Below are positions 46,351 through 56,539 of a stretch of DNA of 64,000 bases, one piece after another. This stretch comes from Ignavibacteria bacterium (GTDB lineage Bacteria; Bacteroidota; Ignavibacteria; Kapaibacteriales; UBA2268): NCBI GenBank assembly GCA_026416955.1, contig JAOAEE010000008.1, positions 18,195 through 82,194 on the forward strand, written 5' to 3'. Made by a program: the position numbers and the translations under genes. How positions within the stretch are numbered: position 1 is the first letter of the stretch; each line of letters starts with the position of its first letter. Below the pieces are notes generated by a model. The model made no database searches, was not told the origin of the DNA, and worked only from the letters and a program-made list of their open reading frames with translations.

Positions 46351-47343
46351 ATGAATGTTGGGATTATTGGAATAGGGGCTTGGGCAACTTCGTTAGCAAT
46401 TTTGCTAAATGCAAATGAAAACAGTGTAATTGTTTGGTCTTCAGAAAGCGAACTTATTGAAGAAATAAAAAGAACTAATGAAAATCGAAAGTATTTTCCT
46501 GGTGTTTCAATTCCCAAAGAAATTTTCTTCACTAACAATAAATTCGACCTACAAGATTGTGATTTATTGGTTCAGGCAGTCCCAACCCAATTTGTTGCGA
46601 AAGTGTTGAATAAAGAACATTTTGACCTTAATACAAAACAAATAGTAAATGTAGCAAAAGGTATTGAGAAAACAACATTAAGAAGAATTTCAGAAATTTT
46701 GTTGGATTTTGGAGTAGATGAGAACAATTACTCGATTTTGACCGGACCTAGTCACGCAGAGGAGGTAGTAAAAAAAGTTCCAACGGCAGTTGTTGTTGCA
46801 TCAAAAAATTCAAATTTAAGCAGATTGGTGCAAAAAGTTTTCTCAAATTCTTTTTTTAGAGTATATTCCTCCGAAGATGTTATTGGATGCGAAATTGGTG
46901 GAGCATTGAAAAATGTTATTGCAATTGCTGCGGGAATTATCGACGGATTAGAACTGGGCGATAATTCGAAAGCTGCTTTGATTACTCGTGGATTGGCAGA
47001 AATAACTCGACTTGGGGTTGCTATGGGAGCAAACCCTTTAACCTTTTCCGGTCTTTCGGGTTTGGGTGATTTAATTGTTACTTGCAATAGTAAATATAGT
47101 CGAAATCGTTTTGTTGGAGAACAGTTGGCTCGCGGGAAAAAGCTTAGAGAGATAATCGAAGGTATGAACAGCATTGCAGAAGGTGTGGACACAACAATAT
47201 CTGCGTACAATCTTAGCCGAAAATATAACGTAGAACTTCCTATCACGAACAAAGTTTACGAAATTATGTTCGAAGACCTCGACCCAAGAGAAGCATTAAT
47301 AAGCTTGATGCTTCGCGAAACTAAGCCTGAGTGGTGGCGGTAA
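46351..47343 (+). CDS. gpsA: NAD(P)H-dependent glycerol-3-phosphate dehydrogenase
   Basis: GIGAWATS, GPSHAEEV, GGALKNVIAIAAG, GLGDLIVTC, SRN, AEG. Confidence 0.96.
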   Translation: MNVGIIGIGAWATSLAILLNANENSVIVWSSESELIEEIKRTNENRKYFPGVSIPKEIFFTNNKFDLQDCDLLVQAVPTQFVAKVLNKEHFDLNTKQIVNVAKGIEKTTLRRISEILLDFGVDENNYSILTGPSHAEEVVKKVPTAVVVASKNSNLSRLVQKVFSNSFFRVYSSEDVIGCEIGGALKNVIAIAAGIIDGLELGDNSKAALITRGLAEITRLGVAMGANPLTFSGLSGLGDLIVTCNSKYSRNRFVGEQLARGKKLREIIEGMNSIAEGVDTTISAYNLSRKYNVELPITNKVYEIMFEDLDPREALISLMLRETKPEWWR

Positions 47344-48760
47344 TCTTTCTCTTTTCGGTTAACAAAATATAGATAAAAAAAATGGTTGACCAAACGAACC
47401 CGAAAACCATAGGTTCGAAAGAAACGAAAAATTTAATAATAGGGTTTTGGATAAATGAAATTGAGAATTCTTTAACAATGACGAAGATAAAAGTAACCAA
47501 AGAGGAAGAGATGATAAGTGAATTTACTTTTGTTTTTGAAAATGTTTTATTCGAAAATAACCCTGTAATTGTTGGATAGAAAAGAGAAGGAACTGCAATC
47601 GAAGAAGTTTTGTAAATAATATCAATAGCAGAAGGTATGAAATAGGCTAAAAATATAGAAAAGAAAGCGGAAATTACTAAGCCAATTCTTACTCGGTTTT
47701 CAATTCTTAGTTTTATTAATGTGCGGAATTTTTCCATAATATTTTTTCCAATTATTAAAGCTGAAAGAAAAGAATAACTTTCCAATGTTGAAACTATTGT
47801 TGCAAGCATTGAAACCAATACAATTCCTTTGAAGAAACTTGGAACAATGTTTTCTAATAATATTGGATAAGAAAAAAGTGGGTTAATTTCTGGAAATTTA
47901 AGTTTTCCTACCAGCCCAGTAAATATTGTCATAGTATCGAAAATGAACCAAAAAGTGATTGAGATTAAAATACCTTTCTTTGCAGTTTTTTCGGAATTTA
48001 CTGAAGCACATCTTTGAAAAAAACTTGGATCGATAAATGTTTGTAGAGAAATAAAAAGCCAAGTAATTATGTACTGCCAAGAAACTTCGCCAAAAAATTT
48101 TAGATGTGATTTTGGTAAATAGTTAAGTTGACCAAGGTCGAAAGAAATTTCTTTTAGAGCGAAAAATGTGAAAATACCGAAGCCAAAGTACATTAAAATG
48201 AATTGAATAGTATTAGTAATTACATTCGATTTATATCCGCCATAACCAATATAAATGAAAGTAAGTATTGTACCCAAGATTATTGACGGTAAAAGGGATA
48301 GTCCAAAGATTAGATTAATGAAAACTCCTACCATTAAAACATAAACCGAAGGAAAGGTAATTAACAACATTACTAAAGAGGAATAGACCGATGCTACTTT
48401 TCCATACTTTAATTCGAGAAGTTCGGGTATAGTTTGTGATGATATGTTCCTTATTTTGTTGCTTACAAAAAGTGCATAAAACAATGCTGTAACATAATAT
48501 ACAATTCCAAAACAAAACCAAGCAACCAACCCATATCGATGTACGAATTCTCCAATACCTAAAATATTCCCATACCAAGTAGCAACGAGTGAAGCAACAA
48601 ATAGTGGAAGCGTAAGTTTTCTTCCAGCAAGAAGAAAATCGAGAGTTTTTTCCTTACCTTCTTTGATTTTGCTTTTACCACCATAGATTCCAATAATGGC
48701 TATTAATATGTAGTATAAAAAAATAATTATTACGTCGGAAAACGATAAACTTAGTTTCAT
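47321..48760 (-). CDS. Sodium:solute symporter family transporter, substrate unknown
   Basis: DFLLAGRKL, SLVATW, TIPELL..KYG, FFQRC..., about 13 TM helices. Confidence 0.88.
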   Translation of the reverse strand: MKLSLSFSDVIIIFLYYILIAIIGIYGGKSKIKEGKEKTLDFLLAGRKLTLPLFVASLVATWYGNILGIGEFVHRYGLVAWFCFGIVYYVTALFYALFVSNKIRNISSQTIPELLELKYGKVASVYSSLVMLLITFPSVYVLMVGVFINLIFGLSLLPSIILGTILTFIYIGYGGYKSNVITNTIQFILMYFGFGIFTFFALKEISFDLGQLNYLPKSHLKFFGEVSWQYIITWLFISLQTFIDPSFFQRCASVNSEKTAKKGILISITFWFIFDTMTIFTGLVGKLKFPEINPLFSYPILLENIVPSFFKGIVLVSMLATIVSTLESYSFLSALIIGKNIMEKFRTLIKLRIENRVRIGLVISAFFSIFLAYFIPSAIDIIYKTSSIAVPSLFYPTITGLFSNKTFSKTKVNSLIISSSLVTFIFVIVKEFSISFIQNPIIKFFVSFEPMVFGFVWSTIFFIYILLTEKRKITATTQA

Positions 48761-48776
48761 TTCATTTTAAAATTTA

Positions 48777-48784
48777 CAAAATTA
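48777..48784 (-). promoter_or_regulatory. Putative -7 promoter element (TAATTTTG) for the SSS transporter
   Basis: Exact motif 16 nt upstream of ATG 48760. Confidence 0.5.
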
Positions 48785-48875
48785 TACATTGCTTGTTAAA
48801 AAGAGAACCCAAATACTATTGTGTAGCAATATTTTAGTTAATTTGCAGTCTTATAAATAGTTAATCAAAGGAAAA

Positions 48876-50993
48876 ATGAAAAAAACAATTTTTCTGTTAT
48901 TAATTCTCATTATATTTGGTTGTAGGCATTATGAAGATTTCACAACTTACTTCAATACATATTATAATGCTCAAAGATTAATGAAAGAATCTGAAGATGA
49001 ATTCCAATATCAAGATACAAAGTTCAAAGTTACCCCAAAAGTTGTTTTTCCAAATCAGTATTTGCAACCAGTTCAAGATATTTCTACCGGACCACCACCA
49101 TTTATGCAAGAGTTTATTATTTCCCCACTCAAACTGCAACCAGTTAAAACAAAATTAGACTCGATTATCATCAAAGGGTCCAAAATTTTATCGAGAAAAT
49201 CTAAAAGTAGTTACGTCGAAGGTTCTATCTATTTGATGGCAAAATCTTATTTCTACAAAAATGAATGGTTACCTTCGCAGATTAAATGCAGTGAATTAAT
49301 TGATAAATATCCAGAAGGCGACCTTTCCCCAGATGCTCATCTTCTTTTTGCGAAAAACTTGTTGATTCAAAGGAAGTTTCATAGCGGAAAGCTACTTTTG
49401 TCGAGGACTGTCGATATTGCTTGGCAAAAAGAAAGATACGACATATTGTCCGAGGCTTTTCGCTTACAAGCAGATTTAGCATTATTTGAAAACGACATTA
49501 AAGGTGCAGTAAAACCATATAGGCAAGCGATTGCTCAAAGCGATGACAATTATTATCGCTCTCGCTGGCAGTTGGAACTTGCATCAATTTATTACCGACT
49601 TGGTGACTGGGAAAATGCTTTGGTAAACTTTCAAAAGGTTAGGAGTTTTAATCCAGATTATCTAACAATGTACTCTTCCTATTATTACGAAGCATTGTCA
49701 TTGATTAGAATGGGTAAGTACAACGAAGGAGAAAGTATTTTAAAAAGGCTTAATGAGGACCAGAAATATCAAGAGTGGAAAGAGTTTACCCATTCTGGAT
49801 TTATGCTTTCTGCTCTTTTGAAAGGAGATTCTACAACATTCAAAAAATTAGAAATTAAAGCCGATTCCGCCTTCCGAGCCTCGCCAGCTATGATGGTAGT
49901 TTATTACGAAAAGGGTCTACAAGATTATAATAGTGGTAAGTACTTCGAAGCAAGAAAGTATTTTGCGAGAGCTCGTAACTTGCGAACCCCTGTTTATGCC
50001 TCTGCCGACAAAATGTATAACTTATTGAATAACTGGGAACAGAGATATAAATTCGCCCAACCCTTACTTTCTAAATATGAAAAGGGAGAAGAATTAACAG
50101 ATACTTCAAAAATGTTTCTTGCAGGAACATTGTACGAATTGGGTGCTAACTTTGAAAGATTAGGATTTGTTGACTCCACTATAAAATATTATCGACTTGC
50201 CTGCGATGTTTCTCCGAGTTTCGATACTAATTCTGCTCGATATTTGTATTCATATGCAAGAGTAATTTCCGACAAAAACTTATATATTTCAGATAGTCTG
50301 AAGGACCTGATTGTCGAGCGATATCCACTTACTGAGTTTGGCAAGGAAGTTCTTCGGGAACTTGGGTATACAAGTAATTACATAATTGATACGACCTTTG
50401 ACTTGTTGAATTCTGGTCTAAAACTTATAAGAAATAAAGAATATGATTTTGGTTTAATGCAATTGAAATTGCTTTATTCAAAATACCCCGAGCACGCTCT
50501 TACTCCAAGAGCACTTTATGTTATTGGAAATACTTATGAGAGAAAAGTATTCAAATACGACAGTGCCTTTTACTATTACAAACTACTTTTAGATAAATTT
50601 CCGGAAAGTATTTATGCTAAAGACATAAACCTTGCGGTAACCTATTATCTTGCAGTTCAAAGTGGACAGCCAATTCCAGACTCACTTAAAGAAAGGGTTA
50701 TTCCGCCCCGAACCCCTATTGGACCAATTAAAGGCTTAGAGATTACCCCACAAAATAATCAACCCTCTATTCAGGACAAAAATAAGACAGTAGAAGAAGG
50801 TTTCAACCCTATTGATTATTTCAATGAACCGGGGAAAATTATTCGTGATGTGAAGAAAATAATTTCACCCGATAATCTTGTTCCAGATGTAAGTTTACCT
50901 AAAAATCCACTTGACGAGTTTAAACCCAAAAGAGATTCGACAAATACTGATGTTCCAATTCAAGAAAATAATATGGACAAACCAAAGAAATAA
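48876..50993 (+). CDS. TPR-repeat lipoprotein, SprE/PorW-like
   Basis: Lipobox IFGC; N-terminal YEDFTTYFNTYYNA resembling the SprE/PorW N-terminus; many TPR-like helices; Pro-rich tail. Confidence 0.6.
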   Translation: MKKTIFLLLILIIFGCRHYEDFTTYFNTYYNAQRLMKESEDEFQYQDTKFKVTPKVVFPNQYLQPVQDISTGPPPFMQEFIISPLKLQPVKTKLDSIIIKGSKILSRKSKSSYVEGSIYLMAKSYFYKNEWLPSQIKCSELIDKYPEGDLSPDAHLLFAKNLLIQRKFHSGKLLLSRTVDIAWQKERYDILSEAFRLQADLALFENDIKGAVKPYRQAIAQSDDNYYRSRWQLELASIYYRLGDWENALVNFQKVRSFNPDYLTMYSSYYYEALSLIRMGKYNEGESILKRLNEDQKYQEWKEFTHSGFMLSALLKGDSTTFKKLEIKADSAFRASPAMMVVYYEKGLQDYNSGKYFEARKYFARARNLRTPVYASADKMYNLLNNWEQRYKFAQPLLSKYEKGEELTDTSKMFLAGTLYELGANFERLGFVDSTIKYYRLACDVSPSFDTNSARYLYSYARVISDKNLYISDSLKDLIVERYPLTEFGKEVLRELGYTSNYIIDTTFDLLNSGLKLIRNKEYDFGLMQLKLLYSKYPEHALTPRALYVIGNTYERKVFKYDSAFYYYKLLLDKFPESIYAKDINLAVTYYLAVQSGQPIPDSLKERVIPPRTPIGPIKGLEITPQNNQPSIQDKNKTVEEGFNPIDYFNEPGKIIRDVKKIISPDNLVPDVSLPKNPLDEFKPKRDSTNTDVPIQENNMDKPKK

Positions 50994-50996
50994 CAA

Positions 50997-52043
50997 ATGG
51001 AAAATACTTTGAATGAACTATATAAATTGTATTTCGAGGAAGCAAATGATGCAATCTTACTTGTCGATGGAGAAAATTGGAGTTTACTTGCTGCAAATCG
51101 CTTTGCACAAAAACTTTTAGGTATTAATGAGCAAGATATCAATGAAATTTCTTTTCCTCAATTCAAAAGGCTCATAAAACTTGCAAGGAAGGAAAATTCT
51201 GAAAGTGTTTTTTCTGAACTAACTCTTGATACAAAAGAATTTGGAGAGGTACTTGTTGATGTATTTGCAAAAGTTGTTAATTGGAATGGTCGGAGTATTA
51301 TTATTGCTACTTGTCGAAATGTATCCGACCAGTATATTATGAGCGAAAAATTAGTTCAAACCGACAAACTTGTTCTTCTTGGGCAAATAAGTGCTTCTTT
51401 AGTTCACGAAATCCGAAATCCACTTGCAGCTATTAATTTAAATTTACAACTTCTAAATAGGTCGGTTGGCGAAAACAAAGAACTTTTGTCTTTTATCAAT
51501 TCTGCCTTACAAGGTGTTGAAAGGATTTCTAAACTTATTGATGTAACTTTAAGTTTTTCTCGCCAAACTCAACCACAAATCGAACAAGTAAATTTAAATA
51601 CAATTGTCGTGAACACGGTCGACCTTTTGAACCATTTATTGAAAAAGAAGGAAATATCTATTACCTTTAATTTGAAAAATGATTTGCCTCCAATCACTGC
51701 CGATTCAAAACATATACAACAAATATTGATTAACTTATTATCAAACTCTATTGACGCAATTGAAAGTAAGGGGAAAATAATAATTACCACCTTTTTGGAA
51801 GAATATCCCGACCAAAACATAAGATATTCTTGTGTAAGTGTTGAAGATAATGGAGTCGGCATACCTGAAGAGGATTTGGATAAAATATTTAATCCTTTTT
51901 TTACCAAAAAACCTAATGGTACGGGTTTGGGTATGGCAATTACCCAGAAACTCTTGTATAGATACAATGGTTCTATTGTTGTTCGAAGCAAAGTTGGAGA
52001 AGGAACCGATATTATTGTAAAATTTCCTTCATCTGAAAATTAG
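50997..52043 (+). CDS. Cytoplasmic PAS-type histidine kinase (NtrB/FleS-like)
   Basis: No TM; HEIRNPL, QILINLLSNSIDA, DNGVG, FNPFFTKK, GTGLG. Confidence 0.92.
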   Translation: MENTLNELYKLYFEEANDAILLVDGENWSLLAANRFAQKLLGINEQDINEISFPQFKRLIKLARKENSESVFSELTLDTKEFGEVLVDVFAKVVNWNGRSIIIATCRNVSDQYIMSEKLVQTDKLVLLGQISASLVHEIRNPLAAINLNLQLLNRSVGENKELLSFINSALQGVERISKLIDVTLSFSRQTQPQIEQVNLNTIVVNTVDLLNHLLKKKEISITFNLKNDLPPITADSKHIQQILINLLSNSIDAIESKGKIIITTFLEEYPDQNIRYSCVSVEDNGVGIPEEDLDKIFNPFFTKKPNGTGLGMAITQKLLYRYNGSIVVRSKVGEGTDIIVKFPSSEN

Positions 52044-52101
52044 TTAATTTAAAAAAAGTTCTTATTTTTGAATTACCTTATTAAAAAAAAATAAAAAGCC
52101 T

Positions 52102-53529
52102 ATGGCATTGCAAAACTATACGGTTTTAATAGTCGAAGATGACCCTTTGGTAAATAAAGCAATAAAAGACGCTTTGACTAATAAATATTCAAGAGTCTTT
52201 TCATACCTTAATGCAACCGAGGCTTTGAACGACATCAACCTAATTGCACCCGACATAATTCTTTTGGATATTTTCCTTGGTCCTCACAATGGTTTGGAAA
52301 TTTTGGAACAATTACGAAACCAAGGATATACGATACCAGTAATCATAATGACAGCCACATCAGATATTAAAATGGCAGTTCGAGCAATGAAACTTGGGGC
52401 AGAAGATTTTATTGTCAAACCTATCGACCTAGAACAACTTGAAGTGGCTGTCGAAAAAGCATTACAAAATTACGACCTAAGAAGGCAAGTTGAAATTCTG
52501 ACTGATAAGCTCAAAGAAGAACAACCAAGCGAAATAATCGGAAATTGCGAGCAACTTAGAAAGGTATTAAGCCTTGCGAAAATTGTTGCCTCGACTGACT
52601 CTACCGTGCTTATTGTTGGTGAAACTGGGACTGGAAAAGAACTACTTGCAAAATATATACATAAAAATTCTCCCCGCTCAAAGGGACCTTTCATCGCCAT
52701 AAATTGTGGTGCTATTCCAAAAGACCTTGCAGAATCCGAATTTTTTGGTTACGAAAAAGGTGCATACACTGGTGCAACCGAAAAATTCAAACAGGGTAGG
52801 TTTGAATTGGCGCACCACGGAACAATTTTTCTTGATGAAATTTCTGAACTAAGTTTAGAATTGCAAGTTAAGTTACTTAGGGTGCTTCAAGAGAAAAGAT
52901 TCTTCCGTTTAGGTGGTACAAAAGAAATTTCAGTCGATGTAAGAATTATTGCATCAACAAATAGAGTATTAGAAGATTTGGTAGAACAGGGGAAATTTCG
53001 AGAAGATTTGTTCTATCGGTTGAATGTTGCTCGGCTTGAATTACCTCCATTACGAGAGCGAGGAGAAGACATAATGTTGCTTGCTTCTGCTTTTGTTAAA
53101 GAGTTCAACAAAAAGTTTGGGAAGAATGTTTCTGGGTTCACTCCCGAGGCTGTTTATATATTACGAAATTATCAATGGAAGGGAAACATTAGAGAATTAC
53201 GAAATGTAATAGAAAGGGTGGTTCTTCTTGAAGCAGAAGATGTAATTACAAAAGAGGCATTGAGTTTCTTGAAAGTTGCTGATTCGCAACCTCAAGTTGT
53301 TTCATCTGAACAGGGTTTGCCCGAATTGAAACCAGGTGAACACAAATTAATAATATCAAAATCAGGTGCATCTATGAATAATGTTGTTCGAGATTTAATT
53401 ATTCAGACACTTAGGCTTGTGAATGGAAATCAAATTAAAGCAGCAAAAATTTTAGGTATTTCAAGAGCAAAACTTCGCTATAGAATTGAACAACTTGGGA
53501 TTAACATCTCTGGAAAAATTGTTAATTAA
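52102..53529 (+). CDS. Sigma-54-dependent response regulator (NtrC family)
   Basis: Receiver domain, GETGTGKE, GAYTGA loop, FLDEI, FREDLFYRL, GNIRELRN, Fis-type HTH. Confidence 0.95.
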   Translation: MALQNYTVLIVEDDPLVNKAIKDALTNKYSRVFSYLNATEALNDINLIAPDIILLDIFLGPHNGLEILEQLRNQGYTIPVIIMTATSDIKMAVRAMKLGAEDFIVKPIDLEQLEVAVEKALQNYDLRRQVEILTDKLKEEQPSEIIGNCEQLRKVLSLAKIVASTDSTVLIVGETGTGKELLAKYIHKNSPRSKGPFIAINCGAIPKDLAESEFFGYEKGAYTGATEKFKQGRFELAHHGTIFLDEISELSLELQVKLLRVLQEKRFFRLGGTKEISVDVRIIASTNRVLEDLVEQGKFREDLFYRLNVARLELPPLRERGEDIMLLASAFVKEFNKKFGKNVSGFTPEAVYILRNYQWKGNIRELRNVIERVVLLEAEDVITKEALSFLKVADSQPQVVSSEQGLPELKPGEHKLIISKSGASMNNVVRDLIIQTLRLVNGNQIKAAKILGISRAKLRYRIEQLGINISGKIVN

Positions 53530-53542
53530 ATAATATAACTTT

Positions 53543-54823
53543 ATGGAAACCAGTAAAATAAAAGATTATTTAAAATCTGATGACATTCAGAAAGTCAAAG
53601 AAGCACTTTACTTTCTTTTTGACAATCATTCATACGATGAGGAAATTGTTATTTTAATTTCAAAGTTAGTTACTTCCAAAGACCGTGGAATTCAAAATCT
53701 TGCGATTGATTGTCTTTCGCAATTACCACTTGAATTTCAATTGATTGCCTCAAATTGCATTGCACCTTTGGTTGCAAGTGATAATATAGAATATCGAAAT
53801 ATTGCTTCCGATATCCTTGTAAAGTATAACGATGTGTGTTATGATGCATTGATACCTTTTCTTTCACATCCGATTGATGATGTTCGACAATTTACACTTG
53901 ATATTTGGGGAAACATTGGCTCCACAAAAAACTGGAAAATTGTTCATTCGCTTTTGAACGACCCTAACAAAAATGTTGTAATCTCTGCAATAATGGCTTT
54001 GGGTAACATAAAAGTACCCGATGTTATCGATGACTTGATAAAGAAATATGAAGAAGATGATGAATACAAGCCTTTTGTTTTAAACTCGTTAGGTAAGATT
54101 GGTGGAGAAAAAGCTAAGGAATTTATTTTGAATGTGATTAGCAACGAAAGCGACCAATTACTGCAATTAGCGGCAATCGATGCAATTGGTTATTTCGATG
54201 CAAGTATCGAGTTCCTGGATTATTTGCTTTCTAAATTACCTTTAGTACCGCGGCAAGTCCAACCATACTTTTTAAAAGCGATTTGTAAAATTGGAAAACT
54301 TTACTGCGAAATAAGGAAATTTCCGCAAGAATTAAGAGAAATTGCAAGAGAGTCATTAAAACAAGAAGACTTAGAAATAAGAAGGGCAGCACTTACTGCT
54401 CTTGGAAATTCTTATGACATTTTTGATGTAGACTGTTTGATTCAAGAACTTTTAAGGTTCGATTTAGAAAACATCGAGATTATATTTCAGAATATTATTC
54501 ACAACTCTAGTCTTGAGGTTCTTTCGGATTTCTTGGAAAAGTTAACATACCAAAAGGATAATGGTGAAATTTTTGCTTCATTACTTGAATTCTTTTTTAG
54601 GGAGTGGGATGCAATACAAGAAAGTAAGAAAATTGTAATTATTAATTCCATTCTTAGTTTTTCCGAAGAGCTACCCGACAGTATCTTATTTGATTTTTGC
54701 GATTGGTATAATTATAAAGAACCCGAAGTACTTAGAACTGTTTTCTTTAAATTATATCAAACGCAATCGTTCGTAAACAAAGCAAAATTGGAAGAAATTG
54801 GGGCAAAATACGATTTGCTTTGA
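53543..54823 (+). CDS. HEAT-repeat protein
   Basis: Repeated helical units (DVRQFTLDIWG, NVVISAIMALG, LQLAAIDAIG, IRRAALTALG). Confidence 0.8.
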   Translation: METSKIKDYLKSDDIQKVKEALYFLFDNHSYDEEIVILISKLVTSKDRGIQNLAIDCLSQLPLEFQLIASNCIAPLVASDNIEYRNIASDILVKYNDVCYDALIPFLSHPIDDVRQFTLDIWGNIGSTKNWKIVHSLLNDPNKNVVISAIMALGNIKVPDVIDDLIKKYEEDDEYKPFVLNSLGKIGGEKAKEFILNVISNESDQLLQLAAIDAIGYFDASIEFLDYLLSKLPLVPRQVQPYFLKAICKIGKLYCEIRKFPQELREIARESLKQEDLEIRRAALTALGNSYDIFDVDCLIQELLRFDLENIEIIFQNIIHNSSLEVLSDFLEKLTYQKDNGEIFASLLEFFFREWDAIQESKKIVIINSILSFSEELPDSILFDFCDWYNYKEPEVLRTVFFKLYQTQSFVNKAKLEEIGAKYDLL

Positions 54824-54870
54824 AATAATTTATGTGTTAATTATATTTGTTATTTAATAATATCGATTTT

Positions 54871-55728
54871 ATGGAACAATCTATTGAAGCAAAATATACC
54901 CTAACAGACGAAGGATTTAAGGAACTACGAGATATTATTTATAAAACCAGTGGAATTTATTATAGTGAGAGTAAAAAATACTTACTTGAAAGTAGGATTC
55001 TTAAAAGAATTCAATCCTTGAAGTTGAATTCTTTGTATGATTATGTTAATTTCATAAAAAATCCCGCAAATAAAGGAGAACTAAAAAACTTATTTGATGC
55101 AATAACAATCAACGAAACCTATTTTTTTCGGGCAGAACAACAATTTGATGCTCTTGAAAAAATAATTATACCAGAACTTATTCGAAATAAAAGTCCCCAA
55201 ATGAACCCAGTGGTAATTAGAATTTGGAGTGCGGCTTGTTCAACAGGGGAAGAACCATATACAATAGCAATGATAATCACTGAAAAGGTCAAACCTATCT
55301 ATCCTAATGTTCAATTTCAAATTCTTGGAAGCGACATTAGTTCCCAAGTTCTTGAAGTTGCACAAAGTGGAATTTATAAAGAGTATTCTGTGAGAAATAT
55401 GCCCGAAGTCTACTTGAAAAAATATTTTGTATCGAAAGATGGGCTTTATTATTTAAAAGATGAAATAAAAAAGTTAGTTCGATTTTCAAATATTAACCTT
55501 TTCGATGCAAGTCAGATGAAATTAGTTAGTAATTGCGACGTAATATTTTGTGCCAATGTACTTATTTATTTTGACATTCCCGCTAAACAGAAAGTTGTAT
55601 CATACTTGTTCGATGCATTAAATCCCGGTGGTTATTTATTCATTGGTTACTCTGAATCTCTACACGGGATCTCAAAAGCATTTAAACTTGTCCACTTACC
55701 GAAAGCAATTGCATATAAAAAAGAGTAA
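54871..55728 (+). CDS. cheR: Chemotaxis protein-glutamate methyltransferase
   Basis: ITINETYFFR, IWSAACSTGEEPY, GSDIS, NVLIYF, GYSES. Start ATG 54871 preferred (track gives TTG 54847). Confidence 0.94.
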   Translation: MEQSIEAKYTLTDEGFKELRDIIYKTSGIYYSESKKYLLESRILKRIQSLKLNSLYDYVNFIKNPANKGELKNLFDAITINETYFFRAEQQFDALEKIIIPELIRNKSPQMNPVVIRIWSAACSTGEEPYTIAMIITEKVKPIYPNVQFQILGSDISSQVLEVAQSGIYKEYSVRNMPEVYLKKYFVSKDGLYYLKDEIKKLVRFSNINLFDASQMKLVSNCDVIFCANVLIYFDIPAKQKVVSYLFDALNPGGYLFIGYSESLHGISKAFKLVHLPKAIAYKKE

Positions 55729-55751
55729 ATCAAATTTTAGGTGATATATTT

Positions 55752-56129
55752 ATGCCAAAAAAAATATTAATTGCAGAGGACTCCGAAACTATAAGGCGTT
55801 TTATTGCAATGTCTCTTAAACTTGCTGGTTTCGAAGTTGTTACTGCAGTCGATGGAATGGAAGCGTTAGAGAAATTGCCGTTGCATAAAATCGATTTAAT
55901 TGTTACTGATTTGAATATGCCGAATATCGATGGTTTTACTTTAATTAGAACTGTTAGAGAAAATCCAGAGTATAAAGAACTACCTATTATTATTCTGTCT
56001 TCTCTTGGGAAGGAAGAAGATATAAAGCGTGGTTTCGAAGCGGGAGCAAATTCATATTTAATTAAACCGTTTAATGCTAAAAGAATTCAATATGAAATTT
56101 CTAAATATCTTGGTACTGCAAATGATTAG
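55752..56129 (+). CDS. CheY-like single-domain response regulator
   Basis: LIAEDS, VTDLNMP, KPF. Confidence 0.9.
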   Translation: MPKKILIAEDSETIRRFIAMSLKLAGFEVVTAVDGMEALEKLPLHKIDLIVTDLNMPNIDGFTLIRTVRENPEYKELPIIILSSLGKEEDIKRGFEAGANSYLIKPFNAKRIQYEISKYLGTAND

Positions 56130-56152
56130 ATGTATAACAATTGGGTTGGGCT

Positions 56153-56527
56153 ATGAAATTCCTTGTTGTTGACGATTCTCCTACAATGCGGCGTATAGTC
56201 ATTAATGCTTTAAAATCCTTTGGAATTGAAGATATAGTTGAAGCCGAAGATGGGCAAGATGCGTTAACCAAGTTGCAACAAAACAAAATTGATTTTGTTA
56301 TTACAGATTGGAATATGCCAAATATGACTGGACTTGACCTTACCAAAACTATTCGAAATTCAGAACAATGGAAAAACATTCCTATTCTTATGGTAACAAC
56401 TCGGGGTCTTAAAGAAGATATTATCCAGGCATTACAAGCAAAAGTTAATAATTACATTGTTAAACCTTTCACCCCACAAGTTTTAAAAGAAAAGATTATG
56501 GCTATCTTGCAAGCAAATCAGAAGTAA
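56153..56527 (+). CDS. cheY: Chemotaxis response regulator CheY
   Basis: FLVVDDSPTMRRIV, ITDWNMPNMTGL, ILMVT, YIVKPFT, close to canonical CheY. Start revised to ATG 56153. Confidence 0.9.
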   Translation: MKFLVVDDSPTMRRIVINALKSFGIEDIVEAEDGQDALTKLQQNKIDFVITDWNMPNMTGLDLTKTIRNSEQWKNIPILMVTTRGLKEDIIQALQAKVNNYIVKPFTPQVLKEKIMAILQANQK

Positions 56528-56539
56528 AAGGAGGAACTT

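Noticed and set aside
48760-48876. Riboswitch upstream of the SSS transporter
   Set aside because: The putative promoter is only 16 nt from the start codon, leaving no room, and no aptamer motifs were seen.
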